Source: Camelus ferus (lineage: Eukaryota). Taken from it: a stretch of DNA of 64,000 nt. The position numbers and the translations under genes were made by a program. This document shows positions 39,201 to 53,040 of the stretch, piece by piece. The notes below the pieces were generated by a model. That model did not search any database. It was not told the origin of the DNA and saw nothing but the letters and a program-made list of their open reading frames with translations. Numbering within the stretch: position 1 is the first letter of the stretch; every line of letters begins with the position of its first letter. The stretch spans positions 57,290,001 to 57,354,000 of the forward strand of contig NC_045697.1 of the NCBI RefSeq assembly GCF_009834535.1, read 5' to 3'.

Positions 39201-39859
39201 ATTTGAGAGAATAAGAGTATAGAAGTATAAGTGCATCTAATAATAATTCTTCTTGGGTAGGAAGCAAAAAAATTTGATTGAATCATTATAGGCTTCATAG
39301 TGGTATTGAGTGTATTTGATACGATTTTTAAATAAATCACTCTCACTTGGTTGTGTTTTTTTTTTTCAAGAAACCTGTAATTTATTAGGTATAAAGTGAA
39401 AAAAATGATATTTGAGTTGAAATGTTATTATGATTTATTAGCTAAATAAGGTGAGATGAGAGAAATGTATTGATATTAAGGCTGTTTGAAAAGAAATAGC
39501 TGAAACAATGAATCATGTAATTTAAGTTGAGCAAGAGGAAGTGAAGATAGTTGTGTAGGTCTATAGATTGGAGTATTACTAAGGTTGAAGAATTTGCACA
39601 ATGAGATATTTGAATAAAGGATCTGGAGGAAAAAGAGTGCAGTCTGAATAGTGAGATGATTGTTAATTAACAGGACTGAATGTAACATGTTTCTAACATA
39701 GGGTATATCATGGAATTGCACAAAGGTGCAATACTTAAAGTTGAGCGTTTTGTGTTGGAAGAAGAGGCCTGCACTTCTGTTATCAAAATAGTTAAGAAGC
39801 ACACATGGAAATTAATTTTAACCCAAATATTTTGTTCAGATATGTTGATCTTCAGCAAT

Positions 39860-40635
39860 CTTCAGCAAATTCTTTGGGTACTACCTACAAAAAATCTGGA
39901 CTCTAATAATCATTATACTTCCACTGTTACCACTGTGGGCAAAATCACCATCATCTATCAACTGGATTGCTGTTGCTTACTAACTGGCCTCCCTGCTTCT
40001 ACTACTGTACCTCTCTACTTACTTCTCTCCAGATAAACTCTATTTTTATTTTTTAAATCCAGATTACCTCTTTTCTTATGCTCAAAATCTTCCAATGATC
40101 CCTATACCACCCTGTGAAAAAATTAGAGTCATGATAAAGGTCCATTACCTCTTTTCTCATTTCCAGTTGCTCTCTCTCTAATCACTGCTTCAAGCCGACT
40201 GACTCCTGGCTATTCCTTAGCTCACTAGGCACACTCCTGCCTCAGGACATGTGCTAATCTCTCTGCCTAGTTCTCTCTACTCCCTAATTGGCAGGGTTCA
40301 TTCTGTCATATCATTCTGCTATTCACTCAATTATCACCTTCTCAGTTACAACTCTGTCCACTCCATTCAAAACTGGTAGACACACTCTAACACTCTTATT
40401 TTTATTCTCTGTTTTATTTTCTCCAGAACACATATATATAATAAACTACTATATAATTTATTAATTCTATTTACTACACCTCTTTATCTATACTAGACCC
40501 TAAATTCAAAAAGGACAGTGTTTGTTTATTCATTAAATTTTAATGTTTTCTTTATGTTACTGTATAATCTGGATCTAGGATGCTAGTTAAAGTTAGTTTC
40601 CCATATGTATTTATTATATGAATAAGTGAGTGAAT
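39860..40635 (+). mobile_element. L2 (L2a-like) 3' region
   Basis: caccatcatctatcaactggattgc, ctcctgcctcaggac, ending atgaataagtgagtgaa. Confidence 0.75.
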
Positions 40636-42309
40636 TTATTGTGATATATCAAGTTATATAAGTTAAGATGCTTTCCAATAAGGAAAAGTGGCATTTGTAC
40701 TTATACTTTGAGCATAAAAACTAAAATCAGTCAATAAACTGATTAATTAACAGGGGAGACATTTTGTGAAAAAGTGGATTTTTCTTGCTGTTCCTTACTT
40801 TACAGTAGACAGATGATGAGCACTTGAACTACATTGGTTTTCAATTTGACCTTAGGTTTCAACAGAAAGGTTTTTATAAGCTGAATTGTATGAAAATATT
40901 CTGCTAAAATACTTGTACAAATATGCAAATATTAATATGTTCAGCTTTAGTAGAACTCAAGTAAATCTAACAATGAATGATACCCACTGTATCAATTGTG
41001 ATTTGAGTGTTTTAAAAAACCAAAGAATTACCCAAAGTGAAGCTGAAGCCAATTTCATTCTGACAAATGAACTTTTTTCAATTAATACTTTGAATAAATG
41101 GTGTGTGCCTTAGGAAAGCTCCAAAATGCCATAAATGAATTCACAGGCTTATGGCCTAGATTCACTTGGCATTTCACTTGGAAGCTAAATCTTATTTTCA
41201 TAATCAAGGCCTCCCACAGAAGACTCTTCTCACATTGGATATACGCCTGATTTGTCTAGGTGCAAGCCAACTAATTGCTGGGACAACAGATGGGTCTATT
41301 CAATCAATATGCCTGTCTGCCAAATACAGCTAAAGAAGTCTCAAACCAAAATAAAGTAACCCTCAAAATCAGTACTTGATCAAATTGGACATATAAATAT
41401 AGAAAATTTTAATTTTTATCTTTCTCATCTTTTTTCATTATTGGGAATTAGAAACAGGAAATTGTCTAGGTTGGGACAAAATTCTTCAGAATCCTGCTAC
41501 TGGGAAGAATGATGACAACACAAGCAATAAACATAAATAAATTTAAACCATCAATTCCAATATTAATCCTTAACTGCCAGGCTAGTCAAAAGTTGTTTTG
41601 TTTTGTTTTTTAAACCATAGTAGAAATATGATAGGCGATGAGTACATCACAGTGGTCCTAACAAAGTGTTTAATACTAAATAATGCTGTTGTTGCTGTTC
41701 TTCCATTAGTCACTCTTCTTAGTATCTTATAAAAGATTCAGATAATTTATCTTGCAAAATGCTACACTCTTTCCAATTTGTTCCTGCAGTCTTGAGTAAA
41801 GAGGTCTGTTTAGCTCATTCAGTTGTCCTTGAACTTCCTTCAGGAATTATTCATTACCCACTAGAGCTTATAATTCCAAAAGAACAATTCTGAATTATCT
41901 GCTTTTGATTATCAGAGCTTCAAGTTTGTGCCTTTAACAACAAATTATGAAGAGTGGATTAAAAAAAAAAAACCCTGATTTTTCCAAGAGATTACATGAA
42001 CAAATTGGGGAAGAAGGAATTAGTGAAAAAATATGTTGAAGGATACTGAGAATAGAAAAATCAGAACTGGAGGAGTGGGGTCAGGAATCAGAGATACACC
42101 CCATTCAGATCCCAGACTCTGTATTTCTTGAACCAGAGTGGATACATGAAGATCATCTAAAGCTAAACAAGAGAAATATTTCCAGGGTAAAAACCTTCAG
42201 TGTATCTCTTCCAATGATGTCAGATGAGGAGCTCTCATTAAAACATTCATCATATAATCCATAAATCTTAATCATGTCTGTACCCTAAGATATTGCTCAG
42301 TCCTCATCA

Positions 42310-42790
42310 AAATTAGTTAGTGTTCAGTGAAGAAAACAGACGCTACTCTGAGTATTTCAGGGATAAACTATTTAATTCCTGGCATTAGTGCATAAAAAAA
42401 TTATTAGAAGAACTGAAGGAGTGGAGTTAGGAGGAAGTCACACTAATGTAGCTGCAAACCAGACAAGGAATCTTGGACTGTTACTACCATTATTGCTGCC
42501 TTGAAAACTGGCTCTCCCAACCAAATTGCTGGTGACTAAACACTGGAACACAGAGTCTGGCACCAATAGATACTCAGGTATTTCCTAATTTTTTTTGCCA
42601 GCAGTTACTGGGTTTAAAAAAAAAAAAAAGATAGCCTCTTTTCTATTTCCATCTACTCAGTATTGACTGATTATGTATCATTAATAGAATCTTACATGCA
42701 TCAAGGATACTAGCTGCAAGGGTACTCTATAAACAGCCTTAAATTTTCCAACCCATCAAATGGAACTAATTCTCAGTCAAAATCCAAACT
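42310..42790. mobile_element. Ancient ERVL-type LTR remnant
   Basis: ttagtgttcagtgaagaaaacagacgctactctgagtatttc, loosely similar to the element at ~7935. Confidence 0.35.
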
Positions 42791-45700
42791 ATACCTTAAT
42801 CTTCTCAAAGCACTCGGTCCTTGACTCCATGAACTAGACTTCCCCAGTGGGCTCTCCACAGTTATCTCAGCCTAAGGATGCCCGAATCCCACCTACTTTA
42901 CTCATGTGATCATCTCTTGCTAGTATAGCAATACTCTTGCTAGTGTAGCAGTTTTCTATAATTTCATATTTTGTGCTGGGTATATTTGGGAGCTGTTGGT
43001 ATGTGCATGCATGTGTCTGTGTGTGGAAGTGCACCCTATGATTATAGCAATGTCACAGAACCTGAAAAATGTAGCCTGAGATTTGCTTATCACCTTCTTC
43101 TTAGCTTAACCTCTTCCTTAGATTCCCTCTTTTTACACTCTCCTGCCCTAAGAAGGGGTTGTATATTCCCTGGTGTATTTGCCTCTTTAGAGTACTCCTA
43201 AAATTAAACTACCTCATATATTACCTAATATGTATGTGAGTATTAAACTTTAGGAAACACTCACAGTGTAACACTTTGGAAAAAAATAGTCATTTTGACC
43301 ATATTATCTGTTATTTTATGGAAGATATGGCTCTTGGGGATGTTATGGTTGATTAAATGCTATGATATATGGTGTATAGTAGGGATTTAGTAAATATTTG
43401 TTAAATAAATGAGTGATAATAAGTATTATTTTAATTTTCATGTAGTTTTTAGTATTTTTAATTAAATGAATCATTTTCCAGTATTTAACTTCTTATAGAT
43501 TACATAAATGAGGGTAATTTTCATAAGATCTGCTGATGAGAATAAATAGAAGACACCTGTTCTTTCCTATTCCCCTTCACCACAGACCCCACTAGATCAT
43601 CTTTCCTATGCATTAATGACTAGGCTAATGTACATACTTGAATTTGCAGCCTCACTAATGACCACTATTTCCTGTTGACATCTCAGTCTACCTCTATATT
43701 CAACATTTCAGGAGAATGGACTATAAATAAAACATACTACTCTTAATAATATATTTTTAGTTCTTAGATAAATATTTTTATTGTGTCTAACAGAGGAACT
43801 TTTATCTGAGGATCTCATATTGCCTGTAATTCTGATTCATCATGTAATAGCAGCATTTCTCTGAAGCACAACATGTTGAAGAAGTTCATTTTAGTTCTAT
43901 TGTCTCCATCTTTCGCTTTCTAAACTCTTCAAGTATTATGGTGATTTTGCACCTCTATCTCAGACATGAGAGAGCACAATAGCTCTTTCTCATTTCATGA
44001 AAAATCTGAAACAAAAATCAATTCAAATTAAAGAATAAATTTTTAAAATGTGAAGCCCAAAATATTGTATTATCAGAGGCACTTGCAACCTAGCAAAAGA
44101 TTGAAACCTTAAAATAAGGGGGAAAAAACCCTTTAAATTGCAAAATATGTGACTTTATTTTTTAGGCAGAGGTCTATTCAGTACCTCTGAAGTTACATGA
44201 TGTAAACATCCTTCACCAAGGTTTGAATAAGGCTTATCTGCTTAAGTCATAGAGGCTGTCCATGACTGCATTTCCTGAAGTTAAAACTTAATACTTTGAA
44301 ACTTTATACAAAATAGTGTCATTATTTAATGAGACTCACAATAACTAGCCACCATACTTAACAAATAGCTACATGTGTTGGTGCAGCATTTATGGAGTTA
44401 GAAAATTGAACCAATTTTCTTGGCAAACTTCTTTATATGTCTAACAGATGACATTGGACTAATGAAATAAATACATTAGACTAATGAAATAAATATGTGT
44501 TTTTTTAAGTAGTTAAAATCATTCTGAAGTTGTCTTATAACTGTATATTCAAATGAAAGAATTTTAAAAAATTCACTTTAAACAACACTTACATCCAATA
44601 AATCTTTAATATTTCTAATCCTGGCATCTGTTCTGCATTTATTTAGATGGTGTTAAAAGTAAGAGATATGCAATTAGACAAGCAAGAAAGCCAATAAAAA
44701 GAGCTCGTTCTTCTTATTAAAGTAAAGCTTAATATTTTCTGTAACTTCTGTTACAATATTGCATTTTAAATATTTTATTAAGAAACATATTATAATAATG
44801 AGTGAACAAAATGAAAACTTTGGGTAAAATTTTGCTTAGTTTATGAGTTTTAAAATATTTGAAAACCTAGCATAGAGGACAGACTAAAAAGTATGGAAAT
44901 GGCACAATTTATACTGTATGCCTAATAGAAGTTTATAACTACAAAGAGATTTTTTAAATATAAAGTAAATATCACATTTTTTTAAGTGATTCTGAAATAG
45001 ACCTACAGAAAGTTGAAATACTTTAATCATCTGGAAAAGAAAAATGATGAAGATGTAAAAAATCAATCAGAGTCAAATCTATCACATTAACAATTAGTGA
45101 ATTCTGTGAGTACATCTATAAAATCACATTGAACCACATGACTATCTTAAAATGAACAATTTCATTACATATATTAATGAAATGAGTTATATATGTGGAT
45201 ATAGCTCAAGGAATAGATCTCAGGAAGAGTATCAACTAAGTAATTAGTATTAAAATATTAAATTAATACTATATATTAACATTAAATCAATATTAAATTC
45301 ATATTAAAATTACTTACATTAAAACAGTAAGTAGAAACATAAGAATGTTTGAGATACTGCTTAGCATAGATTACAGTATACTGGAATGGTTAAGATACAG
45401 ACTTTGGAATGAAGCATATCCGGAACTTTGTCATTTCTAGCCCTTAAATATTACATTTACTTCTTAAAGAAACCTATGTTTCCTTTTAATGATTATTATG
45501 TAATTTTTTAAAGTGAGCGTAAGTCAGTTTTAGCTTATCGTAGAGTCAATACATGAATCGTTATTACTGATATGATTCAATAAAATATAAGGAATAAATA
45601 TTTCTCAATGGCATTTTCTTAAGTATTTTGGAATATCCACAATTTACTATCACAAGTATTGTCTTTCTGCAATCCAAAATTCTATGAGATAAAATAACAT

Positions 45701-47630
45701 TTTTATAGATTAGATTTTGTAATGTTTTTAATCCTGCCTGATAACACTAGCATATATGTTAGTTGAAGAGCCTAAACAAAGTTTATTCTATATGTTCTAT
45801 GTACCAAAAACCCTCAGGAAAGTCTTTTTTTTTTTTTCCCCCTGAGAAATCCAAGCCTAGGAATTCTAACAAATTTGAAAAGCTTCCTGAAATACACCAA
45901 ATTTCATACACATATCAGTATAAGAGATTAAGGTTTTACAAAGAGGGCTTTAAGAATAATGTGTTTCAGGTTCATTTCAAATGTTACTAGAGATATATAG
46001 AGTACTGACATTATTACAATGACTTTTCTATGTTATAGCCTTCATGAATTTTAAAATCTTTGAAAGGTCAATGGTCCCACAGAATTAAAATAATCTTCTA
46101 AAAAAAGCAATTCTCAAAAATCCAGAATAACTTAAAAGAAAGCAGCCATAAACACTATAATATGGATTGAAAAAGAAAGACCTTGGGAATATTTTAGAAT
46201 ATTCCTAAAAGAAACCAATATATTTCTTCAGAGGAACACCTGAAGGAGCCTAAGGTTCAGAAGGGCATTTTTGTGTATATTTTCCTTAAACTGCTGTTAT
46301 TTCTACAATTATTTCCCATTGTATTCCGATTATCTCTTTGGCCATCCTTCAAAGGATATCAAAACATCTGCCTTTTGTCTCCCCTAGTAAAATATAGTTT
46401 TATACCATATTTACTAGCCAGCTACTCTCATGGCTTTTAGTAGATCAAGTTTAACATACATACTTTTGAAACTATAAGAACATCACCAAATTAGGAAAAG
46501 CAGCTCTGCAATGCATTCTGCAAGATCAGAAGTATCATTAGAAACTGAAGAGGCAAAATGAAGTGTGCATATTATTTGAAATTAGAATTGATACCTATAT
46601 AAATATTTTAGTATTCTTCATGAAAAGTTTCTAGTTTCATTGCTCTATCTCTATAGTATTCTACTCTATCATCTCTAAAATTAAATTTCATTTTCCATAT
46701 CCTAAGTATCAGGTAGTGTAAGTTATGGGTAAGAATCTTTACAGAAAATTTAAAAATTATATTAGAATTTAAAGACACAAAATAAGACGAAAACTCTACA
46801 TTGTTCCCTCCCACTGTCAAACCTTAGATAGCATCCTAAGTGTGTTAGCTAACAGTTTCCCTCCTTTTATAGCAAAGAGAGGTGTATCAAGATTTGTTTG
46901 TAGAAAATACAAGGTATTAAGTAATTGCATTCATGAGAAACCAAAAATAATCTGTCAAGGGTGGAGAAGTATGAGGAGACACTGGGAGAGCAAGAGCAAG
47001 AGCTAGAGGTGGGGAGAGACAGAAAGAGTGAGAGAGAGGGAGGAGAGATGAAGAAGTAAATCAAGGGAAAATAAGATGAAAATTCTGGTATTTTCACATT
47101 CTTGGAACAACCCTCCCCCCCCCAAAAAAGGCAAAAGTAAGAACACTGCTGAATTTTACTACGTGGAGCTATACAGTTCAGAAAATATACATGCACCAGT
47201 TGCTGGCCCTAACAAGGGGGACATCTATCTGATGGTAATGACATTATAATGAGAAAAATACATATGCAGGTGTAGTAAACAATAATTAGAGTAAGTAGTA
47301 ATTAGCCTCACTTAGTCTAATTTGACCCATATTCAGAGAAAATATGTGAAGTAGTTTGTCAAAGATTTGTGCCAAAGGAGTGAAGTGCTGAGCAAAATAA
47401 TTTGCTTTACGTATCAAAGACAGGCCAGGCCACTGTCATATAGTCAATTTAGGTTGCTGTAAAAAGTTACCATAGACTGCGTGGCTTAAACAGCAGATCC
47501 TCTGTAATTACAACATATTACACGTCCTGAAAGTTTGAACAAATAGACTCTTGAAGGTACAACTGAGATCTTGGAGATCACATCCTGCATGATGAGACAT
47601 TATTGGTTAGAGTATACAATGTACTTATAT

Positions 47631-47820
47631 CAGTAGGTATCAACATTTTATTCCTGGACCAGTGGTATCAGTATTATCTGGGAATTTATAGGAAATGCAA
47701 ACTCTCAAACCTTATCCTAGATCTACTGAAGCAGAAACTCTGCTGATGGGGCTTAGTAAACAGTTTTCTAACAAAGTCTCCAGATGATTCTGGTGAATGA
47801 TAAAGGTTGAGATTGACTAC
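47631..47820. mobile_element. MER5A-like hAT-Charlie element
   Basis: gaaatgcaaactctcaaaccttatcctagatctactgaagcagaaactctg...ccagatgattctg. Confidence 0.8.
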
Positions 47821-48064
47821 CTTTAAACAGCCATTATGTGGTGCTATGTTTCCAGTTGTTAGAGCAGATGTTCTGGGAACAAAGGATAGAAATAGAAGCA
47901 TATCTTGTCATCAACACTTGAGTAGCTACTTGGAGATATTGTATTTCCCATGTCTTCATAAGTTCTGTAAGACTTAAGGTCTTGTTTCTCAGTATGAGCT
48001 TGTAGGCAGGGAAAGGTGCTTCCTCTAAGAGGCAAACAAACAAACAAACAAAAAAGAATTATAC

Positions 48065-48962
48065 TGTTAGGGAAAATGACCCTGGTTGTAATAAGAAAGC
48101 AAGGTTGTTAATGCATATATAATAGGGGCAAGAGGGAACGTGTTTATGAATTAAGGGATCAAATAAAATTATTCTTGGTACTCTTATGTCCGTTTCCAAC
48201 TAGAAATGGCAAGTATAGCAATCATAGACTGATGAGGGCATGGAATATAATGCTTAGAACCCTCAGTAATGCAAATCTGGTTCACTCCATCAGGCCAGCC
48301 AACTAGGCCAGCAGAAGTGCTAAGATAGTGAGGGATTTAGAATTTTGGGCAGAAAAGTGTCAGTTATGGCCTATGGACCAACTGAACCAATGAGGTATTT
48401 AATGTATCCTACTATCCCATCTCTTGTAAGTTTTCCCAGAAGTCTGACCAACCTGAACATTGGGGAATTTGCAGCTGGATCAATTTAGAATGTGAGGATC
48501 AAGTGCAATTGAGCAGTTGCTATCAGCAATTTGTCTTGATTCTTTTACTGCCAGATGCATCCACCCTCCAGGAGCTGTGAGTGTTTCATTCTAATGGATC
48601 GTTTTCTGTTGCTGCCCTCTTCTCTGAGAATTGTTCTGGGTCTAAAGAGCTCCCCTAGGAGAAAATGTTACTACTCCAGAGGTACTGTCTGCAGTCTTTG
48701 GCACACTGGTATAGAATGACAAAATGTTAGTTCCCATTCCAGAAAGTAAGATCAACTCAGTGATCAATTCAACTTCCAGAGCTCTCCAAGGTATAGAATG
48801 AAGCTAGCCTCTAGCTGAAATGCCACACTTGCTTAACTGTTTTCCACTGGTTTATTCTGCTTCTCTCATTTCTCTTCTACTGCACTCATCCAAAAACAAA
48901 AACAACAACAACAACAAAAAAACTCCTCTTAGACTTTTTTAGGGAACTCAAATTAAGAGATA
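48065..48962 (+). mobile_element. ERVL internal 3' end plus LTR16-like LTR
   Basis: aatctggttcactccatcagg...ccagcagaagtgcta, ending ttagggaactcaaattaagaga. Confidence 0.5.
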
Positions 48963-49419
48963 CCTTTTCTCCAAAACTGACAGGAGAATGTACATTTAAA
49001 AAATAAAACAGATGAGTGAAAAAGAAGGAGTTGAAAAAAGAGGGTTCAGGAAATTGAGTCTGAAAGAGAGATAAAAAGACTCTCCAGGATGAGAAGAATC
49101 AATAGAGGTTTTGGGGGGAAATGATAGGCAAAAGATACAGAGATCAGATTGAAACTGATCAAAAAGGCTCAAGGTAGAAATTTCTATTAAGGTTGAAACT
49201 ATCCGAATGTCTCATGCATTTCAGTGTATCAAGAGAACTTAGCAGTGAATCACAAGCTGAGACTGTACTAAGGACACAGAATGCTTATTATTTTTTTAAG
49301 TAGGTAAAACTAACAATATAGATAAGGAGAATTATGTAGCTTAGTGTAAGCAGCATTCATGTCTTTGCATTTTAAACACTACGTTGATTTTTTTTAAAGA
49401 TTAAAAGACAAATACTTTC

Positions 49420-50500
49420 ACTCAAATTTCTAACCTTCAGTTTACATGCTCTTATTGGCTAAGTTTTGAACTCTGTATTTTTAGCCCATCTTTTTGCTTA
49501 AATGAACTTGTACATGTGTATAGTATTTCTTTAGTCTCTATTTCTTTATGCTTTCGTAACTATTTCTTATGATAATTTCCTTCATCTTAAAACTTGTTTA
49601 GTGAATAACAGTTTTTGTGAAAATGTAATTATTTCATATTTCTAAAATATAATTTCACACCTTGTTTATGGAATTCTAGGTAGACTATTATGTTTCCCTT
49701 TGAAAATATTTCCCATTGGCTCTGGTTTCTTTTATTACTGTTAAAATTATCTTTGAAGATAATCAGTCTTTTATACTTGCAACTTTGACAATAACATCTA
49801 TAACTTTAATATCTAATTTTACAAGTAAAAATAGGCATGGATTTATATTTATCTATCCATATTAGGATTTATTATGCTCTAAGTGTACAAGAATGTGTTT
49901 ATCTTATTTTTAAAATAATGTTTTTATATCAGCATTCTGTCTCTATCTTCCTCCTGGAAGTTTTATTATACTTAGTGCTAGTCCATCTTTCTATACCTTC
50001 CATGTATCTTCACTTCTTCATATTTTCCAATTCTTTGTTTCTCAATGTTGCATCTTGTTTAATTTCTTTAGGACTATTTTCTGCTTCACTAGTTCCCTTC
50101 TTCAGCTGTGTAAAATCTGTTACTTAAATCTGTTAATTTTAATTTTAAATATGATCATTATTGAAAAATTATCTGAATCTGGGAGGGTTTTTGGTCATTT
50201 TCTGACATGTCTGATCATTTTTAATGGTCTTGTGATTCTTAACTAAATTTTCATTCTTTAAAATACCAGCTGAAGTGATAATAACTATCTACGATGCATG
50301 ATATTTGTATGTGAAGTCTTCTTAAGTCTGATATTATTGTATGAATGTTTTGTCTACTCTCACTCAAGAAACTTTGTATGATTTTATATTTTGTGATATC
50401 TGATACTTGATCATATATTTAGTAGAAATTGTCATTATTTAAGATCTGAATGTAGAGTATTTTCTCCCAGGGGAGTTTTGCTTTTGCCTTTGCCGTACGC
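49420..50500 (-). mobile_element. Old L1 ORF1/HAL1-like fragment
   Basis: Pyrimidine-rich antisense motifs (ttctgtctctatcttcctcctggaag; ccttccatgtatcttcacttc). Confidence 0.5.
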
Positions 50501-51549
50501 CTGGAACAGATAAAATAAAGAAATAGTTTAAATTTTTTGTTTCTTTGTGGCCTTGTAGACCATGCAGACCATACAGAGATTTGATGTCTAACCTGATAGC
50601 CAAACACCTCACAGGGGAGATGTTTTTCTCTACTTTACCCAGATCTAATTGGATCCAAACAATTATCCTTATTGCCTACTCTAACATTGAATATTTTTAT
50701 TGTGGTTTTTGTCTTCTAGCTTGCTCAGTCTTTCTTACGTTGATGCTTAGTTCATGAGTTTCCTTTTGGGTATGCCCATCTCAATCAATTCACCATTTGC
50801 ATAAGCTTTGTTTGTAGCTCCTTATGTGGTCATTTGGGTAAAAGCTTTAGAATAACATGGAATTAACATTTCTTCCTAAATATTTACACTTGCTTCTTTC
50901 TTGATCTCTTGATTATTTTCTTTCCAATCTTATAATTTAGTCAGAAATCTTTTCATGACTGAAATACATATTGAACCAGAATCTTTATGTATTGTGGCAG
51001 AAGAATTTAAGCTTATCTATTCCATCAAAATATCAGCAACTGTAACCATCAATGTACATTTTATTGAAGTTCTACAAGAGAGATAGAGAAAAGATGCGCA
51101 TCATAAATTCCTTAACATAGAAAATTTTCCCTCTCATCTGCAATGTAATTCCTTTTATTTTCTGATCCTTAACTCAGAATTCCACCTTGCTAGCTCTTAT
51201 TTGTGGTCAAATAGACTTTCCCACAGAGTTTTTGGATCCAGTATTATCTTGTGCAGGAACATCTCTTTCTCAGGTTCTACGTGAAGTTCAAATGATCCCT
51301 TCAAATTGATGCTCAGTTTCTAGCTTAAAATGATAGTGAGGAAGCAAAAATTAAAGAAAGGATCAAAGAAACAAAAAATTGAGGTGAAATTTAAATATTT
51401 AATTCTATAGAATAAAATCATTGTTATTTAGTCCCTAAAATGTCCACTTATTGATATTTTTTGATAATCTCTAGAAGCAATTTATCATATTTTAGAAGAA
51501 GCCACTTTGGCTAGTGCTAAGAATTACATTAAACAAATTACCTTGCTTA

Positions 51550-52041
51550 AAAATAGTGTGTCTTAATAAACATGTTAAAACTTTGTTTTAAAAATTATTG
51601 TTTTTCTTTTCCTTTGGTCAGTGCACATTAGAACTTGAACTAGCTGGGGATTTTGTCAGAACTGTTCTTATTGAATTTTTATTCTTAATTGAAATAATTC
51701 CTTAAGGGAGGTTTTGTTTAAAACCTGTAAGCAGGAAACTGTGTATAAGAATATTTAATGAAATACGAAATTCAACAAGAATGATTAGATCACTTCCCAA
51801 ATGGTTGTCATTTGTTAAACCCTGGTTTACCTGTCTTGCTATGATGACATTTCATTTTGAAGGATGTTTGTGTTGTAGCTAACTATTCAAGTCTGGTGCT
51901 GACTGCTGTTTTTAGCCATCACAAAACGCTAAATATGTGTAACTGGAGCTTCCTGCTGTTATTTGGAGATGGTGGGAAAGCTCAGTTTTGTATATTGTTT
52001 CCTAAAATATATTAAAATGAACAAAGAAACTATTGCTGCTA
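51550..52041 (+). pseudogene. HNRNPA3: Probable processed retrocopy of the distal HNRNPA3 3'UTR (no CDS)
   Basis: Resembles my recollection of the HNRNPA3 mRNA end: aattccttaagggaggttttgtttaaaac, caagtctggtgctgactgctg, agccatcacaaaacgctaaat, aaagaaactattgct. ATTAAA at 52011-52016. The 5' boundary is uncertain and no search was run. Confidence 0.7.
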
Positions 52042-52565
52042 TTTTTAAAAAGCCTGCTAAGATTTAACTGGGATTACATTAAATCTATAGGTCAATTTGG
52101 GGAAAATTGGCTTTTTAAGAACGTAAGATCTTCCAATGTATGAACATGGCATAACCTTCCATTTAGTTAAGTTTTTATAATTTTTCTCAGCAATGTTATA
52201 TGGGTTTTGGTATGCAAGACTTGCATGCGCATTGTTAAATTTACTAAGTATTTCATATTTTTGATGCAAATGCTGTTATTTGTTCCATTTCAGTTTCCAA
52301 CTGTTCATTGCTAGAATAAAAAAATAATTTTTTTTTATATATTAACCTTCCATACTGCAATCTTGCTAAGTTTATTAATTTGAGTTGCTTTTTGGTAGGT
52401 TCCTTAGGATATTCTATGTAGGCAATAGTGTCATCTGTAAATTGAGCTTCACTTCCTCCTCTCCAGTCCATATAATTTACATCTCGTTTTCTTAACCTAT
52501 TGCAATCAACTGTTGACCAGAAGAGGTTGGAGCAAACATCTCTGCCTCATTCCTTATGTTAAGTA
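52042..52565 (-). mobile_element. L1 mid-ORF2 fragment
   Basis: Minus-strand ORFs give AQFTDDTIAYIEYPKE (RT F-x-DD motif) and KWKVMPCSYIGR...FPKLTYRFNVIPVK. Confidence 0.85.
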
Positions 52566-52749
52566 GAATTAATTAATTAAAACATAATTAAAATGAAAAA
52601 ACATATTGTGTCTTCTCAATACATAGATTCATCTTTTAACAATGCCTTATTTTTTGAATAGTATTTGTAATTTTCCTTCATTATTTGGCATATTATATAA
52701 TTCTCAAGTGTTTTATTTTTCTTATTGTTTTCTCACTGCCTAATACATA

Positions 52750-53040
52750 CCACAGTCATGGCCCTTCTTTTATTTCTGAAGGTCAAAGCTCAGTCCTCCC
52801 TAAGGTTTTATTTTCATTGTTTAATTTTTGTCTGGATGGCTTATGCCTGCTGCCTCCTTGTAAACTAAGTCTCAGTAAAAATATCATCTCATTTGTTATG
52901 CGTTCTCTGACTACCTTATATAAATCACACTTTCTCAGGCCATGCTCTATCTCATCCCTCTGTTTTCTTCATAGAACTTATCAGAGTGGAACAGTGCCTG
53001 GCACATATTAGATGCTAAATAAATACATTTAATGAAGAAA
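52750..53040 (+). mobile_element. L2 3' end
   Basis: gaacagtgcctggcacatattagatgctaaataaatac. Confidence 0.65.
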
